64,000 bases of DNA, taken from contig NC_086109.1 of assembly GCF_963921235.1 (NCBI RefSeq), positions 682,001 to 746,000 on the forward strand, read 5' to 3'. Both the position numbers and the translations under genes were made by a program. The notes below the pieces were generated by a model. It saw only the letters and a program-made list of their open reading frames with translations. It was not told where the DNA came from and searched no databases. The DNA is from Mobula hypostoma. Its lineage: Eukaryota. How positions within the stretch are numbered: the first letter of the stretch is position 1; the number at the start of each line of letters is the position of its first letter. This document shows positions 12,664 to 24,789 of this stretch, one piece after another.

Positions 12664-12794
12664 CTTTTATGTTCATTGACATAATCAACAATTTCTTTCT
12701 CTGTGTAGGGTTTTCCGGGGATTGTATCTGGCTCATCCATAAATGGTTCATAGAAGTCAACTTGGTTCATTTTAAGGTCCAGGTTATTTGCCAC
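12664..12794 (-). CDS. CASQ1: Calsequestrin exon 6
   Basis: ATATAG|GTG...AAA AG|GTGAGC; 131 nt; [43 protein letters not shown](R). Confidence 0.95.
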
Positions 12795-13364
12795 CTATAT
12801 AAAGCAGAGAGAGACTTAGGAGCTCTTAACTATGATGAGCAACGCGTCCCTCACCCTGTTACCTGCCCCTCCGTGAATTCACACACGACCATCGCCGGTC
12901 CTCTTAGAAGTGCTTCCCTCCCACTTTCCTTGCATTTCTCTCATCTTGTGGCCTAACAATCAATGATTGTAGAATCTTCAGTTCCACTCACAACTCCTTA
13001 ACAAATGAAGAACATCGTATCTGTATGTAGTGAGACCTGGTCATTATTCAGACGCAGGCTGACAAATAACAAGTAAATTCACAAAGTATCAGGTAAGGAC
13101 CATCTCAACAGGAGACAGTATGGCACTAATTTTCAAGCTAGTTATGGGAAGTGGTCAGGACAGTTTTGAAACTCAGGCCCTAAAAGGAGAAAGCTGATGT
13201 CAATATTGTTAGATGGAATTTGAGAACAAGAGACATAAGACACTAATGATAGAAGTCTTTTAAAATCATGGGGTGGTACATCAAACTGAAGCATGGAGGG
13301 GTTAAAACTGTGTGACTGATGTTGCTCCTCCTACGGTCGCAGGAAAAAGTACAAGGAGACAGTG

Positions 13365-15040
13365 ACCATAAGACCATGAGACATAGGAGCAGAATTAGGC
13401 CATTCAGTCCAACAGGTCTTCATCATGGCTGATCCTGTATCCCATTCAACTCCATACAGCTGACATCTCACCATATCCCTTGATGCCCCAACCAATCAAG
13501 AATCTATTAATTTCCCCTTTAAATATAACACAGGCTTGGCCTCCACCGCAGTCTGTGGCAGAGCATTCCACAGATTTACTTCTCTCTGGCTAAAAAATTC
13601 CTCCTTACCTCTGTTCCAAAGGGTCACCCCTCAATTTTGAGGCTGTGCCCTCTAGTTCTGGATACTCTCACCATAGGAAACATCCTCTCCACATCCACCC
13701 CATCTAGTCCTTTCAACAATCGCTAGGTTTCAACAAGATCCTCCCACATTCTTCTAAATTCCAGTGAGTACAGGCCCAAAGCTGCCAAACACTCCTCATG
13801 TTAACCCCTTCATTCCCAGAATCATCCTTGTGAACCTTCTCTTGACTCAGTCCAACGACAACACAACCTTTCTGAGATATGAGGCCCAGAACTGTTGACA
13901 ATACAAACTGCAGCCTGACCAGTGTCTTATAAAGGCTCAGCATTATCTCTTTGCTTTTATATTACATTCCCCTTGAAATAAATGCCAACATTGTGTTTGC
14001 CTTCTTTACTGCAGACTCTACCTGTAAAATAACCTTCTGGGAGTCTTGCACGAGGACTCCTAAGTCCCACAGCACCTCTGATGTTTGAACCTTATGCCCA
14101 TTTAGATAATAGTCCACACTATTGTTCCTTTTACCAAAATACATTATCATTCATTTCCCAACACTATATTCCATCTGCCACTTGTTTCCCCATTCCTTCA
14201 ATTTGTCTAAGTCCTACTGCAATTGCATTTCTTCCTTTACTCCTCTACCTACTCTCCACCTATCTCCATTTCATCTGCAAACTTTGCCACAAATGAGTCC
14301 CTCTGCCATTTTATCATGGCTGATCTATTTCCATCTTAATCCCATTCTCCTGCCTTCTCCCCATAATCTTTCATGACTGATCAATAACCTATCAACATCC
14401 ACCTTAAATGAACCCAGTGACTTGGCCTCCACAGACACCTTTGGTAATGAGTGCACAGATTCACCACCCTCTGGCTAAAGAGTTTACCCCTAATCTTTTT
14501 TCTAAATGGATGTCATTCCTTTTCCTCTGATCTTAGATTCCCCCACCAAAGGAAGCATCCTCATCACATCCACTCTGTCAAGGCCTTTCAAAATTATGGA
14601 TGAGCCTCCCATAGGGGATCTTCTAAAACGCCTCATTAAAATCCGTGTAAGCAACATTTGCTGCCTTGTTTTCATCAACTATCTTCATTGCCTTCCTATA
14701 AACTCAATTAAGTCCATAAGGCATGGATTGCTCACACAAAGCCATGCTGGCTGTCCCAAAGTCGGCCATCGTTTTCCAAATGCTCAGAAATCTTATCTCC
14801 AAAGCCCTGACATCACTCCTGAAATAGGGCTACCAAAATTGAATGCAATACTCCAGATGTGGTTCAGATAGATTTATATAGTTGGAACTCTGCTGTTTCC
14901 GAGAAGTTTCTGAGCCTTGAAGTAAAAGCCTGAACAAATACGGACAAGCCTGCCATATATCTTCTTCGACACCCTCTCAAATAGTGTAGCTATTTTTCAA
15001 AGAGCTATGGACTTGAACAGAAAGTTCCTGCTCTATATCA
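13365..15040 (-). mobile_element. CR1 LINE fragments (family B 3' end plus older pieces)
   Basis: GACCATAAGACCATGAGACATAGGAGCAGAATTAGG tail at ~13365; ORF2-like peptides in ORFs 13713-13943 and 13962-14150. Confidence 0.8.
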
Positions 15041-15289
15041 ATTCTGTTCAGTGCAGGGTTTCCTCAAATCCCTTCTTATGGTGCAGAATTTCTTTTCCAT
15101 CTCCCCCTCCGTAGCCCACTCTCACCTCCCTTCTCCGAGTGCAGCACTCCCTCTTCACCACCCTTCCGAGAGTGCAGCATTCCCATAGCATGCTTCCCTC
15201 ACTGCCCACAGCACTATCCCACCCCCTTCTCCCCCTAGTGCAGAGTTTCATCTTCACACATCCCCAATGTGGTTCTCCACATTGTCCAT

Positions 15290-16410
15290 CCACAGTGTGA
15301 CACACTCGTACTGTCCCTTCCATAGTGTGGCACACTCGTACTGTCCCTCCCACAGTGTGGGACACTCGTACTGTCCCTCCCGCAGTGTGGGACACTCGTA
15401 CTGTCCCTCCCACATGTGGCACACTCGTACTGTCCCTCCCGCAGTGTGGCACACTCGTACTGTCCCCCCCACAGTGTGGCACACTCGTACTGTCCCTCCC
15501 GCAGTGTGGCACACTCGTACTGTCCCTCCCGCAGTGTGGGACACTCGTACTGTCCACCCCACAGTGTGGGACACTCGTACTGTCCACCCCACAGTGTGGC
15601 ACACTCGTACTGTCCCTCCCGCAGTGTGGGACACTCGTACTGTCCCTCCCGCAGTGTGGGACACTCGTACTGTCCACCCCACAGTGTGGCACACTCGTAC
15701 TGTCCACCCCACAGTGTGGCACACTCGTACTGTCCCTCCCACAGTGTGGGACACTCGTACTGTCCACCCCACAGTGTGGCACACTCGCACTGTCCCTCCC
15801 GCAGTGTGGGACACTCGTACTGTCCCTCCCGCAGTGTGGCACACTCGTACTGTCCCTCCCGCAGTGTGGGACACTCGTACTGTCCACCCCACAGTGTGGG
15901 ACACTCGTACTGTCCACCCCACAGTGTGGCACACTCGTACTGTCCCTCCCGCAGTGTGGGACACTCGTACTGTCCCTCCCGCAGTGTGGGACACTCGTAC
16001 TGTCCACCCCACAGTGTGGCACACTCGTACTGTCCACCCCACAGTGTGGCACACTCGTACTGTCCCTCCCGCAGTGTGGGACACTCGTACTGTCCCTCCC
16101 GCAGTGTGGGACACTCGTACTGTCCACCCCACAGTGTGGGACACTCGTACTGTCCACCCCACAGTGTGGCACACTCGTACTGTCCCTCCCGCAGTGTGGG
16201 ACACTCGTACTGTCCCTCCCGCATTGTGGGACACTCGTACTGTCCACCCCACGGTGTGGCACACTCGTACTGTCCCTCCCGCAGTGTGGCACACTCGTAC
16301 TGTCTCCCCCACAGTGTGGCACACTCGTACTGTCCCTCCCGCTGTGTGGCACACTCGTATTGCCCCTCCCACAGTGTGGCACACTCGTACTGTCCCTCCT
16401 GCTGTGTGGC
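15290..16410. repeat. 30-bp minisatellite, about 37 copies, intron 5
   Basis: Unit ACACTCGTACTGTCC(CT/AC)CCC(G/A)CAGTGTGG(C/G), directly visible; degenerate units on both flanks. Confidence 0.98.
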
Positions 16411-16598
16411 ATTTTGTCCCACGGTGCGGAGCTACCTCACTACCCCTCCAACAGTGTGGCACTCCCTCACTGCCATTTCCCCAGCACAGCTCACCCTTGG
16501 TACTACTGTGGCTGAATCTACAGCTCTGCAGTGTGTCAGCCAGCGCTATCAGTGACCAGAAACAATTGCTTCGGTTCGCCCAGCAGCTCCAGACTCAC

Positions 16599-16672
16599 CC
16601 GTTTGTTGAAAGTGGCATAGAATGCAATATAGGGTTGAAATACTTCTGCTGCCTCTTCAAATGCTTTGAAAT
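16599..16672 (-). CDS. CASQ1: Calsequestrin exon 5
   Basis: ATCCCCAG|AT...CGG|GTGAGT; 74 nt; (H)FKAFEEAAEVFQPYIAFYATFNKR. Confidence 0.95.
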
Positions 16673-17226
16673 CTGGGGATTAAGAAGGGTAATTTTTATC
16701 TCTTGATGTATTTGGAGCACTATGCACAGTTACACGCTCCATACAGAACAAAGTTTAGCATAGGGGACTGTCCCTTCAGCCCATGATGCTGCGCTGAAAT
16801 AATTAAGTTTAAGATGCTTAATTAAACTAATTTGCCCATATCTGTCCATTCTCTGAGTATTCATGTGCCCATTTAAGAGCCTCAAATACCTCTGTCATAT
16901 CTTCCTGAACCACCACCTCTGACCATGCATTCCATACACTCACCACTCTCTGCACAACAAAATTTGCCCCCCACAGTTCTTCTTTGAACTTACAACCCAC
17001 CCCGCCCCACATCTTAAATGCATGTACTCAGATATTAGACATTTCAGCCCTAGGGAACAGAAAAAAGGTTTTCTACTCTATCTTTGCCTCTCATTATCTT
17101 GTAAACCTCTATCAGATCTTTCATCAGCTTCCATCATTCCAAGAAAAAAAACAACTTTGTCCAACCATTCCTCACATCATATGCCCTCTAAAACAGGTAA
17201 CGTTCCTATAAAGTCTGAGTTTAAAG

Positions 17227-18683
17227 TCCCACTTTTTAAAAAAGGAGGGAGAGAGAAACCGGGGAATTATAGACCGGTTAGCCTAACGTCGGTGGTGGGG
17301 AAACTGCTGGAGTCAGTTATCAAGGATGTGATAACAGCACATTTGGAAAGCGGTGAAATGATCGGACAAAGTCAGCATGGATTTGTGAAAGGAAAATCAT
17401 GTCTGACGAATCTCATAGAATTTTTTGAGGATGTAACTAGTAGAGTGGATAGGGGAGAACCAGTGGATGTGGTATATTTGGATTTTCAAAAGGCTTTTGA
17501 CAAGGTCCCACACAGAACATTAGTGTGCAAACTTAAAGCACACGGTATTGGGGGTAAGGTATTGGTATGAGCGGAGAATTGGTTAGCAGACAGGAAGCAA
17601 AGAGTGGGAATAAACGGGACCTTTTCAGAATGGCAGGCGGTGACTAGTGGGGTACCGCAAGGCTCAGTGCTGGGACCCCAGTTGTTTACAATATATATTA
17701 ATGACTTGGATGAGGGAATTAAATGCAGCATCTCCAAGTTTGCGGATGACACGAAGCTGGGTGGCAGTGTTAGCAGTGAGAAGGATGCGAAGAGGATGCA
17801 GGGTGACTTGGATAGGTTGGGTGAGTGGGCAAATTCATGGCAGATGCAATTTAATGTGGATAAATGTGAGGTTATCCACTTTGGTGGCAAAAATAGGAAA
17901 ACAGATTATTATCTGAATGGTGGCCGATTAGGAAAAGGGGAGGTGCAACGGGACCTGGGTGTCATTATACACCAGTCATTGAAAGTGGGCATGCAGGTAC
18001 AGCAGGCGGTGAAAAAGGCGAATGGTATGCTGGCATTTATAGCAAGAGGATTCGAGTACAGGAGCAGGGAGGTACTGCTGCAGTTGTACAAGGCCTTGGT
18101 GAGACCACACCTGGAGTATTGTGTGCAGTTTTGGTCCCCTAATCTGAGGAAAGACATCTTTGCCATAGAGGGAGTACAAAGAAGGTTCACCAGATTGATT
18201 CCTGGGATGGCAGGACTTTCATATGAAGAAAGACTGGATGAATTGGGCTTGTACTCGTTGGAATTTAGAAGATTGAGGGGGGATCTGATTGAAATGTATA
18301 AGATTCTAAAGGGATTGGACAGGCGAGATGCAGGAAGATTGTTCCCGATGTTGGGGAAGTCCAGAACGAGGGGGCACAGTTTGAGGATAGAGGGGAAGCC
18401 TTTTAGGACCGAGATTAGGAAAAACTTCTTCACACAGAGAGTGGTGAATCTGTGGAATTCTCTGCCACAGGAAACTGTTGGGGCCAGTTCATTGGCTATA
18501 TTTAAGAGGGAGTTAGATATGGCCCTTGTGGCTACGGGGGTCAGGGGGTATGGAGGAAAGGCTGGGGCAGGGTTCTGAGTTGGATGATCAGCCATGATCA
18601 TAATAAATGGTGGTGCAGGCTCGAAGGGCCGAATGGCCTACTCCTGCACCTATTTTCTATGTTTCTATGTTTCTATGTTTCTA
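17227..18683 (+). mobile_element. Young 5'-truncated CR1 LINE (family A) nested in an older minus-strand CR1 fragment
   Basis: RT ORF 17227-18578 is broken only by one in-frame TGA at 17568-17570; repeated TTTCTATG tail. Confidence 0.92.
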
Positions 18684-18884
18684 AACGTCTTCTCTACCTT
18701 CTCCACAATCTCCACACACTTTACTGTAGTTCAGCCGATGGTGTTGCATTGAATTAATAAGCAAATGACTCGTACCTTCAGCCTGCACATGGCTCTTTGC
18801 CATGCATTCTCTGCATATTCTATGCATAAGAGATTCTGCAGATGCTGGAAACCCAAAGCATCACACACAAAATGCTGGGGAGTT

Positions 18885-21800
18885 AGGGTTACTTGGATCA
18901 CATGCCTCCTTAATTTCTGAATGAGCTTTGCATGGGGAACCTTATTAAATGCCTTACTGAAATCCATATACACTACATCCATTGCTCTACCTTCATCAAT
19001 GTGTTTTGCTACATCTTCAAAGAATTCAATTAGGCTTGTAAGGCATGACCTGCCCTTGTCAAAACCATGTTGACTATCCCTGATCAGACTATGTCTCTCC
19101 AAATGTTCATATATCCTGCATCTCTGGATCTTCTCCAAAAATTTGCCTACCACTGAAGTAAGACACAATAGTCTATAATTACCTGGGTTATCTCTACTCC
19201 CTTTCTTGAACAAGCGAATAACATTTGCAACCCTCCAATCTTCTGGTACTTCTCCCACCCCTATTGATGATGCAAAGATCATCATTGGAGGCTCAGCTAT
19301 CTCCTCACAGTAGCCTGGGGTATATCTCGTCCAGTCCCAGTGACTTATCTGGCTTAATACCTTTCAACAGCTCCAGCACATCTTCTTTCTTAATGTCTAT
19401 ACACTCAAGCGTTTCAGTCCACTGAAAGTCATCCCTACAATTGCAAAGGTCATTTTCCTTGGTGAATACTGAAGCAAAGTATACTTCTGTTACCTCCTCT
19501 GGCTCCAAGCACGTGTTTCCACTATTGCACTTGATGGCTCCTATTCTCACACGGCACTTCCTTTTGCTCTTCACATACTTGCAGGGGTTTGGGGTTTTCC
19601 TTAATCCTGCTCACCAAGGCCTTCTTCTGGCTCTTTCTAGTTCACATAATTTCATTCTTGATCTCCTTCTCAGCATCCTTGTAATTTTCTAGGGCTCTAA
19701 CCATACCTATTTTCTTGAACCTTTCGTAAGCTTTTCTTTTCTTCTTAACTAGATTTTGTACATCCTTTGTACACCATGGTTCTTTTACCCTACCAACCTT
19801 TCCTTGCCTCAATGGTACATACCCATGATGAATGCCATGCAAAGGTTCCCTGAACATTTGCCAATTTCTGCTGTGCATTTCCCTGAGAGCATCTGCTCAT
19901 AATTTATGTTCCCAAGTTTCTGCCTAATTGTGACCAGTGTGTGCCTCAGGAATCTGTTCTGGGACCCCCTCCTCTTCATGACTTTTATAAATGACCTGGA
20001 TGAGGAAGTGGAGGGATAGGTTAATAAATTTGCTGATAACACAAAGGTTGGGGATGTTTTGAATAGTGTGGAGAGATGTCAGAGATTACAAAGGGACATC
20101 AATAGAATGCAAACTGGGCTGAGAAGTGGCAGATAGAGTTCAACCCAAATAAGTGTGAGGTGGTTCATTTTGGGAGGTCAAATATAACGGCAGAATATAG
20201 TATTAATGGTAAGACTGTTGGCAGTGTGGGAGATCAAAGGGATCTTGGGGTCCGAGTCCATAGGGCACTCAAAGCTGCTGTGCAGGTTGACTGTGTGGTT
20301 AAGAAGGCAAACGGTGTATTGGCCTTCATCAACCATGCGATTGAGCTTAAGAGCTGAAAGGTAATGTTACAGCTATATAGGACCCTGGTCAGACCCAACT
20401 TGGAGTATTGTGCTCTGTTCTGGTTACCTCACTACAGGAAGGATGTAGAAACTATAGAAAGGGTTAATAGGAAATTCACAAAGATATTGCCTGGATTGTG
20501 GAGCGTGTCTTATGAGAGTAGGTTGATTGAACTCGGCCTTTTCTCCTTGGAGCGGCAGAGGATGAGAGGTGACCTGATAGAGTTGTATAAGATGATGAGA
20601 GGCTTTGATCATGTGGATAGTCAAAGGCTTTTTCCCAGGGCTGAAATGGCTAACACAAGAGGGCACAGTTTTAAATTGATTGGAAGTAGCTACAGAGGAG
20701 ATGTCAGGATTAAGATTTTTACACAGAGAGTGGTGAGTGTGTGGAATGGGCTGCCGGCGACCGTGATAGAGGCAGATACGATAGGATCTTTTAAGAGACT
20801 CCTGGATAGGTACATGGAGCTTAGAAACATTGAGGGTTATGGATAACCCTAGGTAATTTCTAAAGTAAGTACATGTTCGACACAGCATTGTGGGTCAAAG
20901 GGCCTGTATTGTGCTGTAGGTTTTCTATGTTTCTATGTAATAGCATCATATTTCCCCCTACCCTAATTAAATGTTTTTTTTTCCAAATTGTTTGCTCCTA
21001 GCCCTCTCCAGTGCTATAGTAAAGGAGACAGATTTGTGATCACTACCTCCAAAATGTTCTCACACCAAGAGATCTGACACGTGATCAGGTTCATTTCCCA
21101 ATACCAGATCAAGTACAGCTTCTCTTTGAGTTGGCTTATCTACATATTGTGCCAGAAGACCTTCCTGAATACACCTAACAAACTCTACCCATCTAAACCC
21201 CTTGCTCTAAGGAGACGCCAGTCAATATTAGGAAAGTTAAGATCACCCATCACACAATCTTATTATTATTGCATTGTTCCAGAATCTGCCTCCCTATCTG
21301 GTCCTCAATGTCTCTGTTACTACTGGGGGCTATATAAAAAACACCCAGTAGAGTTATTTCCTCCTTCCTGTTTTTGACTTCTACCCAGAACGACTCAGTA
21401 GACTTCCTCCTTTTCTGCAGTGGTGATGCTATTCCTGATTAGCAATGCCTCACCCCCACCTCTTTTGTCTCCCTACCTGTCCTTTTTGAAACATCTAAAG
21501 CCCGGCATATTCAGCTGCCATTCCTGCCCCTGAGACATCCAAGTCTTTGTTATGGCCACAACATCATAGTTCCACGTATTGATCTAAATTCATCAGCCTT
21601 GTTTATTATACTCCTTGCATTAAAATAGACACATCTCAAGCCATCTGGCTGAGTCCATCTTTGCTCAATCATCTGCTTATCCTGCCTCACAAACTCCCTA
21701 CAAGCTGTCTCTACTTATGTGCCAACTGCCCCCTGCTCTGCTTCTTCACCTCAGTTCCCACCACCCTGAAAATCTATTTTAAATCCTCCGCAATAGCATT

Positions 21801-22200
21801 AGCAAACCCTTCTCCCAGGATATTGCTTCCCCTCCAGTTCAGGTTCAACCCATCTCACTTGTGCAGGTCACTCCTTCCCCAAAAAAGGCTCCAATGATCC
21901 AAGAACTTGAAACCCTGCCCCCTGCACCATCTCCTTAAGTCAACTATGCTATCTTCCTTTTCTGACCTTCCCTAGCTCATGGCACCAGGAGTAATCTAGA
22001 GATTAACACCTTGGAGGTTCCGCTCTTCAGCCTCCTTCCTAACTCCCTAAACTTAGTGTGCAGGACCTCTACCCCTCTTCATCCATGTCATTGACACCAA
22101 CATGTATCACAATCTCTGGTTACTCACCCTCCCCTTCAAGAATATTCTGCAACCACTCAGAGACATCCTCGACCCTAGCAGTTAGGAGCCAATAACCTAT
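18885..22200 (-). mobile_element. CR1 LINE (family C) hosting a nested insertion
   Basis: ORFs 18731-19285, 19305-19574 and 19642-19878 are ORF2-like; the host sequence resumes at ~20938 after the insertion. Confidence 0.8.
19930..20937 (+). mobile_element. CR1 LINE 3' fragment nested in the element above
   Basis: ORF 20364-20846 LVRPNLEYCALFW...TRGHSFKL; TTTCTATG tail; TAAT on both flanks. Confidence 0.85.
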
Positions 22201-22698
22201 CCTGGCATCTCTTTTGAAATTTGTAGGGATCAACATGCAGTTCATGTCCTACTCTGGATCCCTGAAGAACACTACCTGTCATGGATATCCAGCCAGAGCA
22301 CGTCACATCAAAAACTAACATCTCTTTTCTGTGGAAAAGGCAATTCTGAATCCAAATGACCATGTTACTGTGGATCTCATGCATCTTAATCTTCTGGATG
22401 ACCATACCATGAGGCATCTTGTCAAACACCTAACTAAAATCAATGTAGACAATATCTAGAGATCTACTTTTGGCATCTACCTTTGTCACCACCTCAAAAG
22501 ACATGACCTGCCCCCAATGAAGCCAACTCACTGTGCCTTATCTGGCCATGCAGTTTGAAACATGAGTAAATCCTATTTCAAAGAAATCTTTCCAATAACT
22601 TAAACAACAGGAATTCTGCAGATGCTGGAAATTCAATCAACACACATCAAAGTTGCTGGTGAACGCAGCAGGCCAGGCAGCATCTCTAGAAAGAGGTA

Positions 22699-22736
22699 CA
22701 GTCGACGTTTCAGGCCAAGACCCTTCGTCAGGACTA
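22699..22736 (-). ncRNA. Minimal type-I hammerhead ribozyme motif, core intact
   Basis: Minus strand UAGUC-CUGACGA-AGGGUCUUGGCCU-GAAAC-GUC-GACUG: stem I UAGUC/GACUG, CUGANGA and GAAA core, palindromic ACGU stem III, GUC cleavage triplet. Confidence 0.75.
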
Positions 22737-24022
22737 ACTGAAGGAAGAGTTAGTAAGAGATTTGAAAGTGGGAGGGGGAAGGGGAGATCCAAAATGATAG
22801 GAGAAGACAGGAGGGGGAGGGATGGAGCCAAGAGCTGGACAGGTGATTGGCAAAGGGGATATGAGAGGATCATGGGACAGGAGACCCAGGGAGAAATACA
22901 AGGGGGGGGGACCCAGAGGATGGGCAAGGGGTATAGTCAGAGGGACAGAAGGAAAAAAAGGAGAGTGGGAGAAAGAATGTGTGTATAAAAATAAATAATG
23001 GATGGGGTACAAGGGGGAGGTGTGGCATTAGCAGAAGTTAGAGAAGTCAATGTTCATGCCATCAGGTTGGAGGCTACCCAGATGGAATATAAGGTGTTGT
23101 TCCTCCAACCTGAGTGTGGCTTCATCTTGGAGACCGGGTCCAACATATTATTCTCTGTAACTTCCGCCACCTCCAGCGAGATCCAACCATGAAGCACATC
23201 TTTCCCTTCGCCCCCCCCCCCCCGGCTTTCCACAGGGATACAGGGATCGCTCCCTACGCGACTCCCTTGTCCATTTGTCGCCTCCCCCCATCCCTCCCCA
23301 CTGATCTCCCTCCTGACATTTATCCTCGTAAGCAGAACAAGAGCTACACATGCCCTTACACTTCCTCCCTTACCACCATTCTGGGCCCCAGAGAGTCCTT
23401 CCAGGTGAGGCGACACTTCACCTGTGAGTCGGCTGGGGTGATATAGTGTATCCGGTGCTCCTGATGTGGCCTATATACTGGCGAGACCCGATGCAGACTG
23501 GGAGACCGCTTTGCTGAACACCTACGCTCTGTCCGCCAGAGAAAGCAGGATCTCCCAGTGGCCACACATTTTAATTCCACATCCCATTCCCATTCTGACA
23601 TGTCTATCCACGGCCTCCTCTACTGTAAAGATGAAGCCACACTCAGGTTGGAGGAACAACACCTTATATTCCGTCTGGGTAGCCTCCAACCTGATGGCAT
23701 GAACATTGACTTCTCTAACTTCCGCTAATGCCCCACCTTCCCCTCGTACCCCATCCGTTATTTATTTTTATACACGCATTCTTTCTCCCACTCTCCTTTT
23801 TCTCCATCTGTCCCTCTAACTATACCCCTTGCCTATCCTCTGGGTTCCCCCCTCCGCTTGTCTTTCTCCCTGGGCCTTCTGTCCCATGATCCTCTCATAT
23901 CCCCTTTGCCAATCACCTGTCCAGCTCTTGGCTCCATCCCTCCCCCTCCTGTCTTCCCCTAACATTTTGGATCTCCCCCTCCCCCTCCCACTTTCAAATC
24001 TCTTACTAACTCTTCTTTCAGT

Positions 24023-24060
24023 TAGTCCTGACGAAGGGTCTCGGCCTGAAACGCCGACTG
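24023..24060 (+). ncRNA. Hammerhead motif with mutated cleavage triplet (GCC)
   Basis: TAGTC-CTGACGA-AGGGTCTCGGCCT-GAAAC-GCC-GACTG; U16.1 changed to C, predicted inactive. Confidence 0.65.
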
Positions 24061-24789
24061 TACCTCTTCCTAGAGATGCTGGCTGGCCTGCTGCGTTCAC
24101 CAGCAACTTTGATGTGTGTTGCTTTCCAATAACTTCTCTGCCACTGATATGATTTGCTGGTCTATAATTTCCTGGATTATCCATCATCTGTATCTTCTTC
24201 TTGACCAAGGAAGAAATTTCACAGCTCACTAGTCCTCTGCGATCTTGCCTGTGTCTTGAAAACATACAAAAATATAGGTCAAGACCTCAGCAATCTCCTC
24301 TCTTGCCTCCTTCAATAAACAGGGATATATTCTTCAGGCCCTGGGGGCTTATTTTTCAAGAGATCTCATATCCCCTCCTTCCTGATCTCAAAATGCCCCA
24401 GCATGGTAGGATTCCCCACGTTGATCTCACTATCGTCCATATACTCTCCTTGGTGAATCTCAATGCAAGCTATTAATTTAGTACCTTGCCCACATCCTCT
24501 GATTCCAAGTATAAATTTCCTGCTTTATCCTTGAGTGGTCATGCCCTCTCCCTAATTATCCCCTTTTTATTATCTCCTTCTCTATCACATATATAACATC
24601 GAAACCCAGTTCTATTCCTCTTCGAACTAAGTCTCCGTGATGGCCACAACTTCATAATTCCATGAACTACACAGGACACGTCCATCTGCTTCACCCATAA
24701 TGCTTCTTGTATTGAATCAGATGCTCTTCAGTCCCACCATGTTCATTTATATGGCTCTGTCTGTTCTTCCTTTCAAACTTGTCAGAACA

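Larger units (their letters stand above)
22602..24121. mobile_element. Penelope-like element, inverted-arm insertion with 14-bp TSD
   Basis: TSD CTTTCCAATAACTT at 22588-22601 and 24122-24135. Minus arm ~22602-23128 is the inverted copy of plus arm ~23628-24121. Decayed GIY-YIG coding sequence at ~23400-23728 (+). Confidence 0.88.
22200..24720 (-). mobile_element. Old CR1 LINE interrupted by the Penelope-like insertion
   Basis: FDKMPH...GSVLQGS in ORF 22175-22429; DNPGNYRP continues after 24136. Confidence 0.7.

Noticed and set aside
15440..16380. Repeated RAG heptamer CACAGTG in B-type units
   Set aside because: No ACAAAAACC-like nonamer at 12- or 23-bp spacing and no Ig/TCR segments nearby.
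15290..16410. CRISPR-like array
   Set aside because: Units are head-to-tail with no unique spacers, there are no cas genes, and the context is a eukaryotic intron.
15048..16706. Six long ORFs (379-479 aa) of 10-aa repeats
   Set aside because: Artefact of a stop-free 30-bp unit that is open in all six frames. The real coding sequence here is the 74-nt exon 5.
17909..18601. Recurring antisense ORF (MIMADHPTQNPAPAF...) seen in several places
   Set aside because: It is the reverse strand of the young CR1 copies; recurrence reflects copy identity rather than shown coding constraint.
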